Source of the DNA: Octopus bimaculoides
Taxonomy: Eukaryota
Assembly (NCBI RefSeq): GCF_001194135.2
Contig: NC_068998.1
Coordinates: 11,524,448-11,588,447 of the forward strand
Direction: 5' to 3'
DNA length: 64,000 bases
This document shows positions 1 through 11,880 of this stretch, one piece after another. Numbering within the stretch: position 1 is the stretch's first letter; each line of letters starts with the position of its first letter. The translations under genes and the position numbers were made by a program. The notes below the pieces were generated by a model. It had not been told where the DNA came from. It did no database searches and saw only the letters and a list, made by a program, of their open reading frames with translations.

Positions 1-321
1 GGAACAGCCTGCTCATGAAATTAACGTGCAAGTGGCTGAGCACTCCACAGACACGTGTACCCTTAACGTAGTTCTCGGGGATATTCAGCGTGACACAGTG
101 TGACAAGGCTGGCCCTTTGAATTACAGGCACAACAGAAACAGGAAGAAAGAGTGAGAGAAAGTTGTGTTGAAAGAGTACAGCAGGGTTCGCCACCATTCC
201 CTGCCGGAGCCTCATGGAGCTTTAGGCTTTAGGTGTTTTCGCTCAATAAACACTCACAACGCCCGGTCTGGGAATTGTAACCGCGAGTCCGCTGCCCTAA
301 CCACTGGGCCATTGTGCCTCC
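1..321 (-). mobile_element. tRNA-derived SINE, family D; runs off the window edge
   Basis: tRNA-like head GGCCCAGTGGTTAGGGCAGCGGACTCGCGG; near-identical to 2901..3285. Confidence 0.85.
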
Positions 322-453
322 ACACACACACATATATATATGGTTATACACAGTGCATTCTCAAAAAGTATGCACATACAGACTCAGATTCTCACACATG
401 CATAATCACTGGTCTACACACACACACATATATACACACACACACACACACAC

Positions 454-681
454 GGTGAGCTGGCAGAAACGTTAGCACGCCGGGCGAAATGCCAAGCTGT
501 ATCTCGTCTGCCGCTACGTTCTGAGTTCGAATTCAGCCGAGATCGACTTTGCCTTTCATCCTTTCGGGGTCGATTAAATAAGTACCAGTTACGCACTGGG
601 GTCGATATAATCAACTTAATCCGTTTGTCTGTCCTTGTTTGTCCCCTCTGTGTGTAGCCCCTTGTGGGTAGTAAAGAAATA
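454..681 (+). mobile_element. tRNA-derived SINE, family A (Deu/Nin-domain-like)
   Basis: TGGCAGAAACGTTAG A-box, GTTCGAATTC B-box and core GCCTTTCATCCTTTCGGGGTCGA. Other copies at about 9831, 11300, 31700(-), 38310, 38770, 43150, 55600-56120(-) and 57960(-). Domain name is from recall. Confidence 0.8.
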
Positions 682-1175
682 ACACAAACACACACACACA
701 CACAGTGCTTATTATATTTACACAAACAGACAGATACAATACTTATTCTAACATTAAAATGTAGAACAGTTATAGAAATCAATAAAGAAAGAGAGTTGAA
801 AACAATCTGGGAACAATCAATACATGATATAATATGAATGTGTCATTTAATTTTCTTTTTTTTTTTCCCTCCTTTGCCTTCAACTCAGTTAACCCTGCCA
901 AGTAGGTCCTTTGTTTCTGAACGTGATGGTTTAAGTCTGTTTATCCCTCCTCGCTTGCAAAAGAGACTATCTCTATTGCTTTCACAAATGTGAGAGAGAG
1001 AGGGGGGAAGGACAGAGCGAGAGAGAAGAAGAAGAAGAAGAAGAAGAAGAAGAGAGAGGGGGAGAGAGAATCAAAGCCATGGGGTTGTAAAAGAACATAA
1101 CTTTCTATATTCTTGTTTGCAAATGAATCTATTGAATTGAAAGAGAAAGCAAAAAAAAAAAATTAGTATTTTAGG

Positions 1176-1348
1176 TTAATTGATACGTATATGCATACAT
1201 ACATGCATATATACATATACACATACATACATATATATATATACACATGCATATATACATGCATACACACACACACACATATATACACAAACACACATAT
1301 ATACATACATATATATATATACATGTATGTATGTATCAGTTCATGCAT

Positions 1349-1417
<69 letters not shown>
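1176..1417. repeat. Compound (CA)n/(TA)n microsatellite
   Basis: Read directly. Similar tracts at about 5690, 7790, 8610, 19090, 39250, 47180, 48130 and 61919. Confidence 0.95.
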
Positions 1418-1418
<1 letters not shown>

Positions 1419-1729
1419 CAGTATGTATGTTGTGGTTTATGGGCACGAAGCATAAAAGTGCATGCACAATATTCACTTGTATCTGGTTTGTTTGATGTCT
1501 GTATCTTTAATATAGGTAAGTGTATAATTAACTCCATACACCATTTCTAAAATGCTTTAAATCCAGCAAGGATCACTAACATCCACTTAGATGGAAGCTT
1601 CCATATCATTCGATTTAATTATATAATGGCTTATACACATAAATACATATAGTTCTTTACAACTTAGCCAGGAGGCATGAATAGTGCTCGTGACCTTCAC
1701 AGGCTCTCCGAGACTAGTCAGATCAATGC

Positions 1730-2100
1730 AATTTATATTCAGCTTAAAACATCTGTGAAGTCGATGTCTGATTGCAAATATGCTTGTAAGGAGGAAATTC
1801 CAGAAGCATGACGTTTTAAGAATGGAAAGAATTGATGTAGTGCTTGATGGGAAGAGACTGGGATGAGGTACAGGTGGGGAGGGTGAAGTAGTGTGCTAGG
1901 TGGTGCTCCAGTGGAAATGGTATACAATGAGCTACTGCAGAAGAACAATGGCTGTTGTAGTAGTGACGGGACAGGCAGAAAGAGGAGCTAATGCATTTAT
2001 GGGCCAGAGGTGTTGAGAGTTGATTGCTGAATGAGGCTTTCCAAATTGGTTGGATGGCCTTCTGCTGGATACAGTCAAAAGTGTTTCGTAAGCACATCAT
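1730..2100 (-). mobile_element. CR1/L2-like LINE 3' end fossil
   Basis: FDCIQQKAIQ...PLAHKCISSSFCLSRHYYNSHCSSAVAHCIP resembles the CR1-type C-terminus. Confidence 0.65.
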
Positions 2101-2469
2101 ACACATATAGGCGCAGGAGTGGCTGTGTGGTAAGTAGCTTGCTCACCAACCACATGGTTCCAGGTTCAGTCCCACTGCGTGGCACCTTGGGCAAGTGTCT
2201 TCTACTATAGCATCGGGCTGACCAAAGCCTTGTGAGTGGATTTGGTAGACGGAAACTGAAAGAAGCCTGTCGTATATATGTGTATATATATATACATATG
2301 TAATTATGTGTGTTTGTGTGTCTGTGTTTGTCCCCACAACATCGCTGTAGAAACTCTGCCAAATCAGATTGGAGCCTGGTGCAGCCTGCTGGCTTGCTAG
2401 TCCTCAGTCAAATCGTCCAAGCGGACGTTAAACGACGATGATGATGTTTCATTAGGTGTGCCAATCAGA

Positions 2470-3345
2470 GAGCCCTGTGGGCCACAATTTTTCTATGTCT
2501 TAGATCATATCAAAAGATGACTGGCATGATATCATGCTCGACTACACCTCTCAACCTACAGCCCACAAAAGGCTGTTGCCTTGGTCTTCTTTTCTTAACA
2601 CTGCCATAGTGGGCTTTGTTTCTCAGAATTGTGCTGGTCTAGTGCCAACTCCATTCAGATTCTTGATTCAATTGTTCCTTTGACTCTCATCACCTATATT
2701 GGGTCCACACCCATAGCTTGCAGACCCTGAACTAACTACTTTCTCCAGTCTCTCATTTTCAGATTGCCAAACCCTTGGAAATTTATTCTTACCCATGTCT
2801 TTTTGACTGCAGCTATTCATGGGGAGCATGAACTGTTCAATCTCACCATTCTCAAAGAGTCTATGTAGGCCACTGGTACACACATCTTCTGAATCAAATC
2901 ATTGTGTTAGCACTCCATCGCTTACGACGTCGAGGGTTCCAGTTGATCCGATCAACGGAACAGCCTGCTCGTGAAATTAACGTGCAAGTGGCTGAGCACT
3001 CCACAGACACGTGTACCATTAACGTAGTTCTCGGGGAATACTCAACGTGACACAGTGTGACAAGGCTGACCCTTTGAATTGCAGGTACAACAGAAACAGG
3101 AAGTAAGAGTGAGAGAAAGTTGTGGTGAAAGAGTACAGCAGGGTTCGCCACCATCCCTTGCTGGAGCCTCGTGGAGCTTTAGGTGTTTTCGCTCGATAAA
3201 CACTCACAACGCCCGATCTGGGAATCGAAACCGCGATCCTATGACTGCGAGTCCGCTGCCCTAACCACTGGGCCATTGCGCCTCCACCAAATCATTAAAA
3301 TACTCTGAATGAACAAGTAGAAGCTCCTTCTTTGGCTGTAAAGTC
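2470..3345 (-). mobile_element. Degenerate RTE-like LINE 3' fossil interrupted by a SINE
   Basis: Removing the SINE gives a stop-riddled frame LQPKKELLLVH...MRDWRK*LVQGLQAMGV...WQC*EKK...KNCGPQ. Weak similarity. Confidence 0.4.
2901..3285 (-). mobile_element. tRNA-derived SINE, family D, full length with 9-bp target-site duplication
   Basis: A/B-box head at the right end; CAAATCATT repeated on both flanks (about 2895 and 3288). An older relative lies at about 57460..57780. Confidence 0.85.
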
Positions 3346-4439
3346 TCTCATAAAACATATTGACATATCAACTGGAGTGGTTTAACTCTTTCAAGACTAT
3401 CCGGCTTGAAATATCCGATATCAAAATATTTATATTTAAATTCAAATTTGAAACTGAAATATCATTATTACATGGCAGATAATATCAACTTTCAATAAAC
3501 ATTTGCATTTTATCAATAAAGATACCATATTTTATAGAAGAAAAAACACGTGGGCATATTAAATGCATCCTGATTCTCGCAATGCATATTCATTAACCCT
3601 TTAGTATTTAATCTGGCCAAAATATTCCAACTGCTTTTATATTCAAACTGGCTATATCCAGCCTCTCACACATACCCTACAATGTCATTCTAAAAGTAAA
3701 CGATCACGTCATTGCAGTCTTAAAGCTATGAGATAATGCAGGGTTAATTCAAAGCAAGATGAATAAATAAGCATCACATTTGAAAGAATCTGAATGTTAA
3801 AGGGTTAAAGATTATAGGAGGCCCAACTTCACATTTAGGGCTCTAGATGGTATTTTTTGAAACTTCTTTTAAGGAAAAACTGTGCATCTTATATGCTATC
3901 AAATTCAGTTGTTATTTCATTATCTTTCATAATTGTTGTTAATTTTCAAAATTAAAACGCTAAGGCAGAAATATAGTCACTAAAGGGTTAATCACATTAA
4001 GTTCTTTTTAAAATATTCAGGGCACTTATTTTGGTAAAGAACTCATGGAACCCATTTTCCGAAAATTACAGAACCTATAATTATAGTTTACAGACAATCC
4101 TACCACTATCACCACCACCACCACCACAACCATCCTAATTTTAATAGGATATTAAGTGAAACAAAAATTGTTTTAGAGAAAGAAGATATTCACACACACA
4201 TATAAAACAGAACTTGTTTAAAATGGTGAACAGCATTTGTTTTATAAAATAAATGAATGCCAAATTTTATTCAGAGATACTTTATATTGTGGAACCCCAG
4301 AAATTTTTTCATGAAACTCACTTTTGAGAAACAAATTTAGGGCAATGATCATGCAACTCATATGGTTAGCAATCATTGTAAACCAACCATTTTAAAAAAC
4401 AAAGAAGCTGTCTGATTCATTAGTAAACCTTCTCTATCA

Positions 4440-4740
4440 ATGTTCTACAAATCACTGTCCCACAGACATCATTTCTCCTCTTTGGCTCTCCTGCCACAAA
4501 CTACTGCAACAGTCTCTGCACTTCTAAACTAGCAAGCTGCATACCACCTCCACCCAAGTTCACCAATCTCTGCTACTTATCATCTTTACTGCATCTCACA
4601 AATCATCCACTAAACAGGTTTCAGAATAATTCTTCCCCAAGAGTTGTAGCTCTCTGAAATTCCCTTTCCATCTATGTTTTTAAAAAATAATTTTCTTGTC
4701 CCTCCTTTTAACACTACAAATATCAACTTATGGATATGCA
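4440..4740 (+). mobile_element. CR1/L2-like LINE 3' end fossil, second copy
   Basis: Frameshifted LSHRHHFSSL / YCNSLCTSKLASCIPPPP...NRFQNNSSPRVVAL*NSL. Confidence 0.55.
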
Positions 4741-5686
4741 TAAAGAGATGAAATTTGTACAAGCCAACAACAACTCTGTCTATGTGTGTATGCCGTATTT
4801 GATAGCAGAAAAGACGAACCCCAATTTCTGTAGCACATTATTTAAGAAGAAAAAATGTTTAGAACATAAAAGCATGTAACATTTAATGCAACTTTGCATA
4901 TAGGACCCAGGGTAATATCTTTTTTTAGAAAAAACAAAAATACATCTCATATACCATCAAATATGGTACTCGTTTTTGACATGTTACAAACAGCAGCCTA
5001 ATTTACCTTAAATTACACTCAGCTATTTTAACAAAGAAAGGACATTCAGATAACGGAATCCGGAATATGCTAAACCTTAAAAGATAAGAAGGAAAGGTCA
5101 CAGCTGTGGAATACCTTTTCATCATTGGTCAGCTCAGTGGTGTATTGGCAGTCATTAGTGCGACAAACAAAATGCCACGAGGTAGTTAGTCACTGCCCTT
5201 TATGCTCTGAGTTTTATCTGTAATCAATAAATAATGTATCAATCAATTTTATATACCTATAATGCATCCTAGGTGTGACTGGAATTGTAGTTGAAGATTT
5301 AGGGTTGAATAACAAAAACTGAGATTTGTACGTTGGTTACGACAGGCTTCGTCGCAAAAGGTAACTTCATCTGCTAGCAGACAGTGTAAACATGTCTGCT
5401 TATTGATACTAATAGAGGTGCACCAATGAAACTTTTACGAGCAGGCTACCAGTTCCGCAATCGTGAATGTCACGCTTCAGTCTTGTCTGTGATAACAATT
5501 GCATAACTCTTATTAATGCAGTGGTTCTTTGAAGAAGATGGGAGGTGGAAGAGAAATGGGAACAAAGCCAAATTGTTGTTGTTGTTGTTGTTGGTGTTGC
5601 TGTTATTGTTGTTGGTAGCTATATAACCACAGGCTAGTTTTTGAAAGCAGGCCAGTAATCAAACGTGCTCCAACTGTGACCAGCCC

Positions 5687-5729
<43 letters not shown>

Positions 5730-6119
5730 CTCACACGTGTGTGTGTGTGTGTTAGACTTCATTAACCTATGTAACACATAATTATTCAAGATTAGATTTG
5801 ATTTAAGGGATTTGAGGGAGGGTCTTGCTATTTCTGGGCAAGTTGTACAACCGTATCCTCATTGAGGTGCAGTATGAGCGACATTATTTTTATTTGTCTA
5901 TTTATTTTTTTGGTTAGGTGCATTGAAGCAGTCTCCGCATTAACCTGACAAACTCTCAGAAAAAAAAAAAAAAATTAACTGCTTAACATAAAACTGACTT
6001 ACAAACACATTTTCTTAAAAACAGACATACTAATAAAACGTCATACGCCCAATGGCAGCAACCCATAAGTTTTTTTTTTCTTTCTCTCTCTCATATGTGG
6101 TGTGTGTGTGTGTGTTCAG

Positions 6120-6262
6120 ACGGGAGAAAAGTACTCAATACACGCATTAGAGTTTATCCATCAGAACCTGATGATACACTACGTCGCAACTCAGTGTTTC
6201 TGGCTATTTGCGATCCTTTAAATAGCGAGAAACTATTGAGTTACGATGGAGTGAATTATTAA
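6120..6262 (+). CDS. Possible terminal exon of an upstream gene (xGRKVLNTRIRVYPSEPDDTLRRNSVFLAICDPLNSEKLLSYDGVNY*)
   Basis: ttcag acceptor after a pyrimidine/GT tract, 46 open codons, TAA at 6260-6262 and AATAAA at 6333. No recognised homolog. Confidence 0.25.
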
Positions 6263-8609
6263 CTTGAAACAAGTATCTGTGTGCATGTGCATCCATGTGT
6301 GTGTGTGTGTGTGTGTGCTTCCAAAACTGATAAATAAATAAAAACAAAAGATTATGCAGAGATTAATATAAAAGAAACTAACCACAAATTACAGCAAACC
6401 TGCAATATGCACCTGTATATTTACAGACATCTATAAGGAAACTCATTTTCACTTTCAGAGCAATGCAACGAGTGACTTAGTTAATTACACGATGAAACCA
6501 GGCTGATCAAAACTTATATTATCAAAGTCATTCTAGTCGTGGCCGTCCCAACTTTTCCATTACAGCATATCTGGAATATCATTATTTAAAAAGACGGTGG
6601 GAGTATAATTTGAGGGAGATTTAGCTGCTATTTCTAATAAGTAGTGCGAATACATAACAGGTTCTTTGGACAGTCACAGAAAAGGTGGTGGTGGGGCGGT
6701 TCGAAATGGTTTAGATTTTTTATAAATGGCAACTGTAGCTGCATTTTATTGTTCGTTCGTCTTTTGTCTTTATATGCTGAGTCACATACGCCAGATATTA
6801 CATACATTTATGTACTCGATATTTACACAAACATTCACATAAATCACACACCTGGTATATGTTCCATACCTGCCATTAAGCATATTCTAGACACCTGTCT
6901 ACACGCGATGTCTTTATATACACATTAAATACATTTGTAAACGCATTCAACATGTATGCACATCACAAACACTGCTTTTCGAGGAAGTCCTCAATGTAGA
7001 CGGTAAACCTGCTAGAAAGAACAGTCAAATATTCCCAACGAAATAGGAGAGACATTGGAAAGAGTTATCCAAAGAAATGGTCACATTTTCAAAATGTGTA
7101 ATCGTAGGTTTGCTCGATCAGTACCGACACAGAGCTAAACGATAACTTGCCAAGTATTTTATACTGGATAAATAGAGAGAAGCCAGCTACATACAACCAG
7201 CCTTTACGTAGGGCGATGCACTCAGGATGTATACGACGATGGATCTGGCATCGATGTTTGACGAGGTGTTCCAGTTCGGTTGTTCGATGACCGAAACCAT
7301 TACATCATAGTGAAGTGATTGAGTATTCTAGAGACACCTGTATCTCTTAACGTAACTCTCAGACAGAATTTTTAACATGGCACAATGCTCGACAAGCCTG
7401 GGCCATTCGAATTCTAGGCACAGTCCCACACAATGTTGCCATCTACAAAATTTTGCTCGTAAGATTTTGTGTCAACCTAAGGCTTGTGTAAAAGATACTC
7501 TGTACAATAAACACATACACACAGACGTACATACGTGTTCATTATGTACGTGTATGTTTGCATACACGTACATAAATATATATNNNNNNNNNNNNNNNNN
7601 NNNNNNNNNNNNTATATATATATATATATATATATGATAGGATTGTTTCAATATTTCAGGGGTAGTCTGAAGTATCTAAGCAACCAGGGGATAGTTAAAT
7701 CCGAAGGCACTTCTGGAGATTACTTGTGTGGGTACCGTCTTTGTTAGAAGGTATCCAGAGGCAGGTAATTTATCGTTTAAACCGCAGTTTTAATTATATA
7801 TATATATATATATTATATATATATAAATATATGTATGTATGTGTATGTATGTATGTATACACATACAAACATACCGGTTTAGATATATTCCACGAGATGA
7901 CAACAATCAATTACCCTTAATAATAAAGATCGAATAACACTGTGACAATATCTAGCATTCAATAATATGCACGCTGGGCTATTTACATGACTAACAAGTT
8001 GTATTTGATGATAAAACAAGCAGCCGCCAGCTTTGGTGGATGGAGTCAGCCATTAAATAAAGCAGAGCGAACTATCAACATTTAACCCAGTGCTAAGCCA
8101 AAGAACAGATAAAGGGATCAAATACAAGCTGACACTCTTGTGCACGGGGTAAATTTAGAGAAAATATCAAACTTACAACGCTTCGCTTGAATTATGCGTT
8201 ATGGTAAGACTATATCCACGACAATAGATGAGTTTCTTGCTAGAGACAGATGGTAAACCGGAACAACATCCGGTTTTGAAATCATTAATGGGAGAGAAGA
8301 AGAAGAAGAAAAAGAAGGAAAAAAAAACATTACATCATTGAATGATGAAGATGTCAGTTTCTAACCTGGACAATTAACGGTGGAAACGTTTATTATATAA
8401 GTTTTCCTGTGTGTTACTGGCTCGAATTTAAGTAGGAAATCTGAAATTATTAATATCTGAATATAGTTTGATGATATATTTTAAATGGGTAAAACTGAGG
8501 GTTTTTTTTTTATTATGTTTATATGTAAAGAAGATAAACATTTTTATTATATTAAGTGGATGATGAGAAATTGATAATAAAAAAGGTATTTAATATATGC
8601 TGGCGAAAG

Positions 8610-8663
<54 letters not shown>

Positions 8664-8718
8664 AAAGAAAAGGATAAAGAGACCAATGGCAAAGTTAGAA
8701 TTATATTTTATAGATAAA

Positions 8719-8767
8719 GTATTACAGCTGTTTCAGGGAAAATCCAATGTATCCCTTCATCGGAGAC
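8719..8767 (-). ncRNA. Minimal type I hammerhead ribozyme-like motif, slightly degenerate
   Basis: Minus strand reads GUCU-CCGAUGA-AGGGA-(12 nt)-UCCCU-GAAA-CAGCUG-UA-AUAC: core with U4C, 5-bp stem II, palindromic stem III, GUA site, stem I with 3 of 4 pairs. Confidence 0.55.
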
Positions 8768-10126
8768 GGTAATAGTAGAAGAATGGATTATTACATCTAT
8801 AAGAGGAGATTTGTAGTAAGAAGTGAGAGCGACGCGCAGAAATATAGGGTAAAGGATTATTAATTTATTAATGAATTAATAATTAATAATTTTTACCAAG
8901 TAGTTCGGTATGTAAAAAAAACATTATCGGTAAAGAACTTATTTAAAAAGTTCTTTTAAATTTATAAACATAATTAAGGGATCAGTTTTCTTGTTTTGCC
9001 TTTGTGAGTTACAGGTATTGCTATCTGTTGGAGACTTATTTTAGAATTAGCACTTTAACTGCTATTTCTAAATTTCGGTATGTGGTGAAGCAACTGTTGC
9101 TGATCCCTTAATTATGTGTATATATATATATATATATATATAATGACAGACAACGAAGATAAAGGTGGAAAAATATAGGAATATATGTCTTTTAAGCTAT
9201 GTTTATATTTTCTTCTATAAATGTGTGCATACATGTGTGAATTCTTGAGATTAGAAATCATCCTTATTTATACATTCCGAAAGGCTGAAAAGCAGTATTT
9301 TATCGATGGCCTTTCAATTTTTGCTGGGTCGATGAAATAAGGTACCAGTCAAGTACTGAGGTCGATGTAATCGACTACCCTTCTCCCCTAAAACTGCTGG
9401 CCTTGTGCCAAAATTTGAAACCATTATTATATTCTGATATATTCGGACGGACACACTCATACACACACGACTGTGTGTTTTCATGTATATTGGTCGTTTT
9501 GGTCACAAAGTTTCGGCCATACCTTCCGCCCTTCTTCAGGTGTTTACATTGTTTAGTAACTAAAGCAATCAGAAATAGTTGATCGTTTATAGAGGGGAAA
9601 AGCAAAGACAGGATAATAGTTAAGAAGGAATCAGTGCAGGTGCTGCACTTCGACAAATCCCTCAGCAGCTCTAGCATAGAAATGAACACCATACGGGGTC
9701 TTTAATTTAAAAACGAAGAACATTCAATTTATGACTATATAAAAAAAAGAAGTTAGATTCAAATATCCTAATGTTTATTTACTCGTTCTGCAACCAATGA
9801 GACAAGGAAGTTATTATATAACAATGTAAGGTGGTGAGCTGGCAGAATCGTTAGCAGACCGGAGAAATGCTTAGCGGCATTTCGTCCGTCTTTATGTTCT
9901 GAGTTCAATTTTCACCGAGGTCAACTTTGCCTTTCATCCCTTCAAGGTCGATGAAATAAGAACCAGTTGAACACTAGGATCGATGTAATCGACTAGCTCC
10001 GGCCCCGTCCCAAATTACAGGTCTCGTACCTATTCTTTTCTACTCTAGGCACAAGGCCCGAAATTTTTTTTTGCGGGGGTGGGGCAGTCGATTAGATCAA
10101 CCCCAGTACGCAACTAGTTCTTAATT

Positions 10127-10127
10127 T

Positions 10128-10170
<43 letters not shown>

Positions 10171-10412
10171 TGTATGTGTCATTGTTCAGTTTTATTTCAA
10201 AATTTCTTGCTAATAGAGAAAGAGCTGGTTTCTAACCTAGATCCAAGGCTCTTCGTTGGAATTTCAACATCAACAACAGGGTATTTTTGTATGTATGTAT
10301 GTATGGACGGACGGACAGACGTACGTACGCACGCACGCATGCACGTACGTATATACGTACGTACGTACGTACGTACGCACGTACGTACGTACGTATGTAC
10401 GTATGTATGTAT
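10127..10412. repeat. (GATA)n at 10127-10171 and (GTAT)/(GACG)/(ACGT)n compound at 10289-10412
   Basis: Read directly. Confidence 0.95.
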
Positions 10413-10753
10413 ACACTCAGACATATAATTCATAAATGAGAATACACTTAATATTGCTCAACAGATTTAAACTCGGACGGGTATAGAAATAAATGTAGGA
10501 GTATAAGCAAATTAGAAAGATCAATATATAAGGTATATTAAATACATCAAATACAAAAAGTGTATATATGTTTACATATGAAAAAGTCTAGCTTACACAG
10601 AATACAAATGATATAGAAAATTAAAGGGGTTGAAGAAAAGTATTACCAATCCAACAGCTGTTTGTATGTAAACATATATACATCTTTTTGTATTTCATGT
10701 ATTTCGTATACTTCATATATTGATCTGTCTAACCTGCTTATTCTTACAATGAC

Positions 10754-10810
<57 letters not shown>

Positions 10811-11498
10811 TTTTGTTTTAATAACCACTCTTCCATGTGTGGGGTCAAATGAATTCCATCGTCATTATCATCATTTAACGTCCGTTTTCCAAGCTGGCAT
10901 GGGTTGGACAGTTTAACAAGCTAGAAAGCTGCATTAGTCTCCAGTCTGATTTGGCATGGTTTCTACAGTTGGATGCCCTTCCTAACACTAACCACTTTAC
11001 AGAGTGTGCTGAGTGGTTTTATGTGGTACCACAGGAGTGTGCTAATATGTACGAGTGATTTTTATGTGGCACCAGCACAGAAGTCTTTTGGGCTAATCTT
11101 CTTCACCAGGAAGAGACGAACACCAATGTTCTATGTAGCAGTCTTGATAATTGTTATGGGATTTTTCTTGTAACATGAAACCAATGACACCCTTAACCCA
11201 TAAATAAAGAAGTTTTATCCATCAATGATATTAATGTGTGTGTGTGTGTGTAATATTTTGAACTAATGGGTATATGTCAGTTACTGTGCTGATGTGTTGA
11301 GTTAGCATGCTGGGCAAAATGCATAGCAGCATTTAGTCTGTTCTTGTATTCTGAGTTCAAATTCAGCCAAGGTTGACTTTGGCTTTCATCCTTTCAGGGT
11401 CGATGAAATAAGCACCAGTTATGCACTGGAGTCGATGTAATCAACTAACCCTTTCCCCAAAAATTTCAGGTCTTGTGTCTTTATTAGAAAGGATTATT

Positions 11499-11880
11499 AC
11501 ATCCTAGTTCATTGGCTGCAGAACAGATGCTATGTGTGGAGGCATATAAACTACATTTACTTTAAGCTTTGTTTGAACTTCATCAAGATTTGGACAATAG
11601 CCAGAAGCATTGCTTGACAGAGGAATAACTTTGGGTAACAAATCAATATTGATGCAGAAATTGTATACAACAATGTAAAACTGGTTTGTGTCCCCGTCTG
11701 AGAATCATTCCTGTCTGACATACTTCCAGTAAATAGGCAACAATAAGTTATTTCTCCCTTTCAATGCACAAAATGTTCTTTCCAAGAGCTATACCAATTT
11801 CAGAGCTCCCAAAACATTACCACCAAGAAGCCATGTTAGTTTATCTTTGTGCAAACTTTTCTTCAATGGCAATAGAGGTC
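11499..11880 (-). mobile_element. Tigger/pogo DDE transposase fossil
   Basis: One frame with 3 stops: KDKLTWLLGGNVLGALKL...ALKGRNNLLLPIYWK...VNVVYMPPHIASVLQPMN*DV, resembling Tigger KDRLTLLLGGNA...LPPNTTSLLQPMDQGV. Confidence 0.75.

Noticed and set aside
889-901. 13-nt + strand micro-exon candidate (ctcag|...|gtaggt)
   Set aside because: Too short to test, no gene context in the window, and it overlaps a TTAACCC MITE-end-like motif.
1163-1537. HTHT/YIYI/CVCV-rich ORFs here and at about 19 kb, 47-48 kb and 62 kb
   Set aside because: Stop-free translations of CA/TA microsatellites.
2793-2890. Apparent minus-strand exon (EDVCTSGLHRLFENGEIEQF...) in phase with the 13741 ATG
   Set aside because: It lies inside a LINE-like fossil split by a SINE with a TSD and has no polypyrimidine tract.
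3225-3285. tRNA-like sequences (also about 265-321, 40010 and 42880)
   Set aside because: These are SINE heads continuing into repeat bodies, with no complete cloverleaf or acceptor stem.
5340-5390. Minus-strand CAGATGAAGTTAC..GCGACGAAGCCTGTC, hammerhead-like
   Set aside because: Two core mismatches and no stem I pairing.
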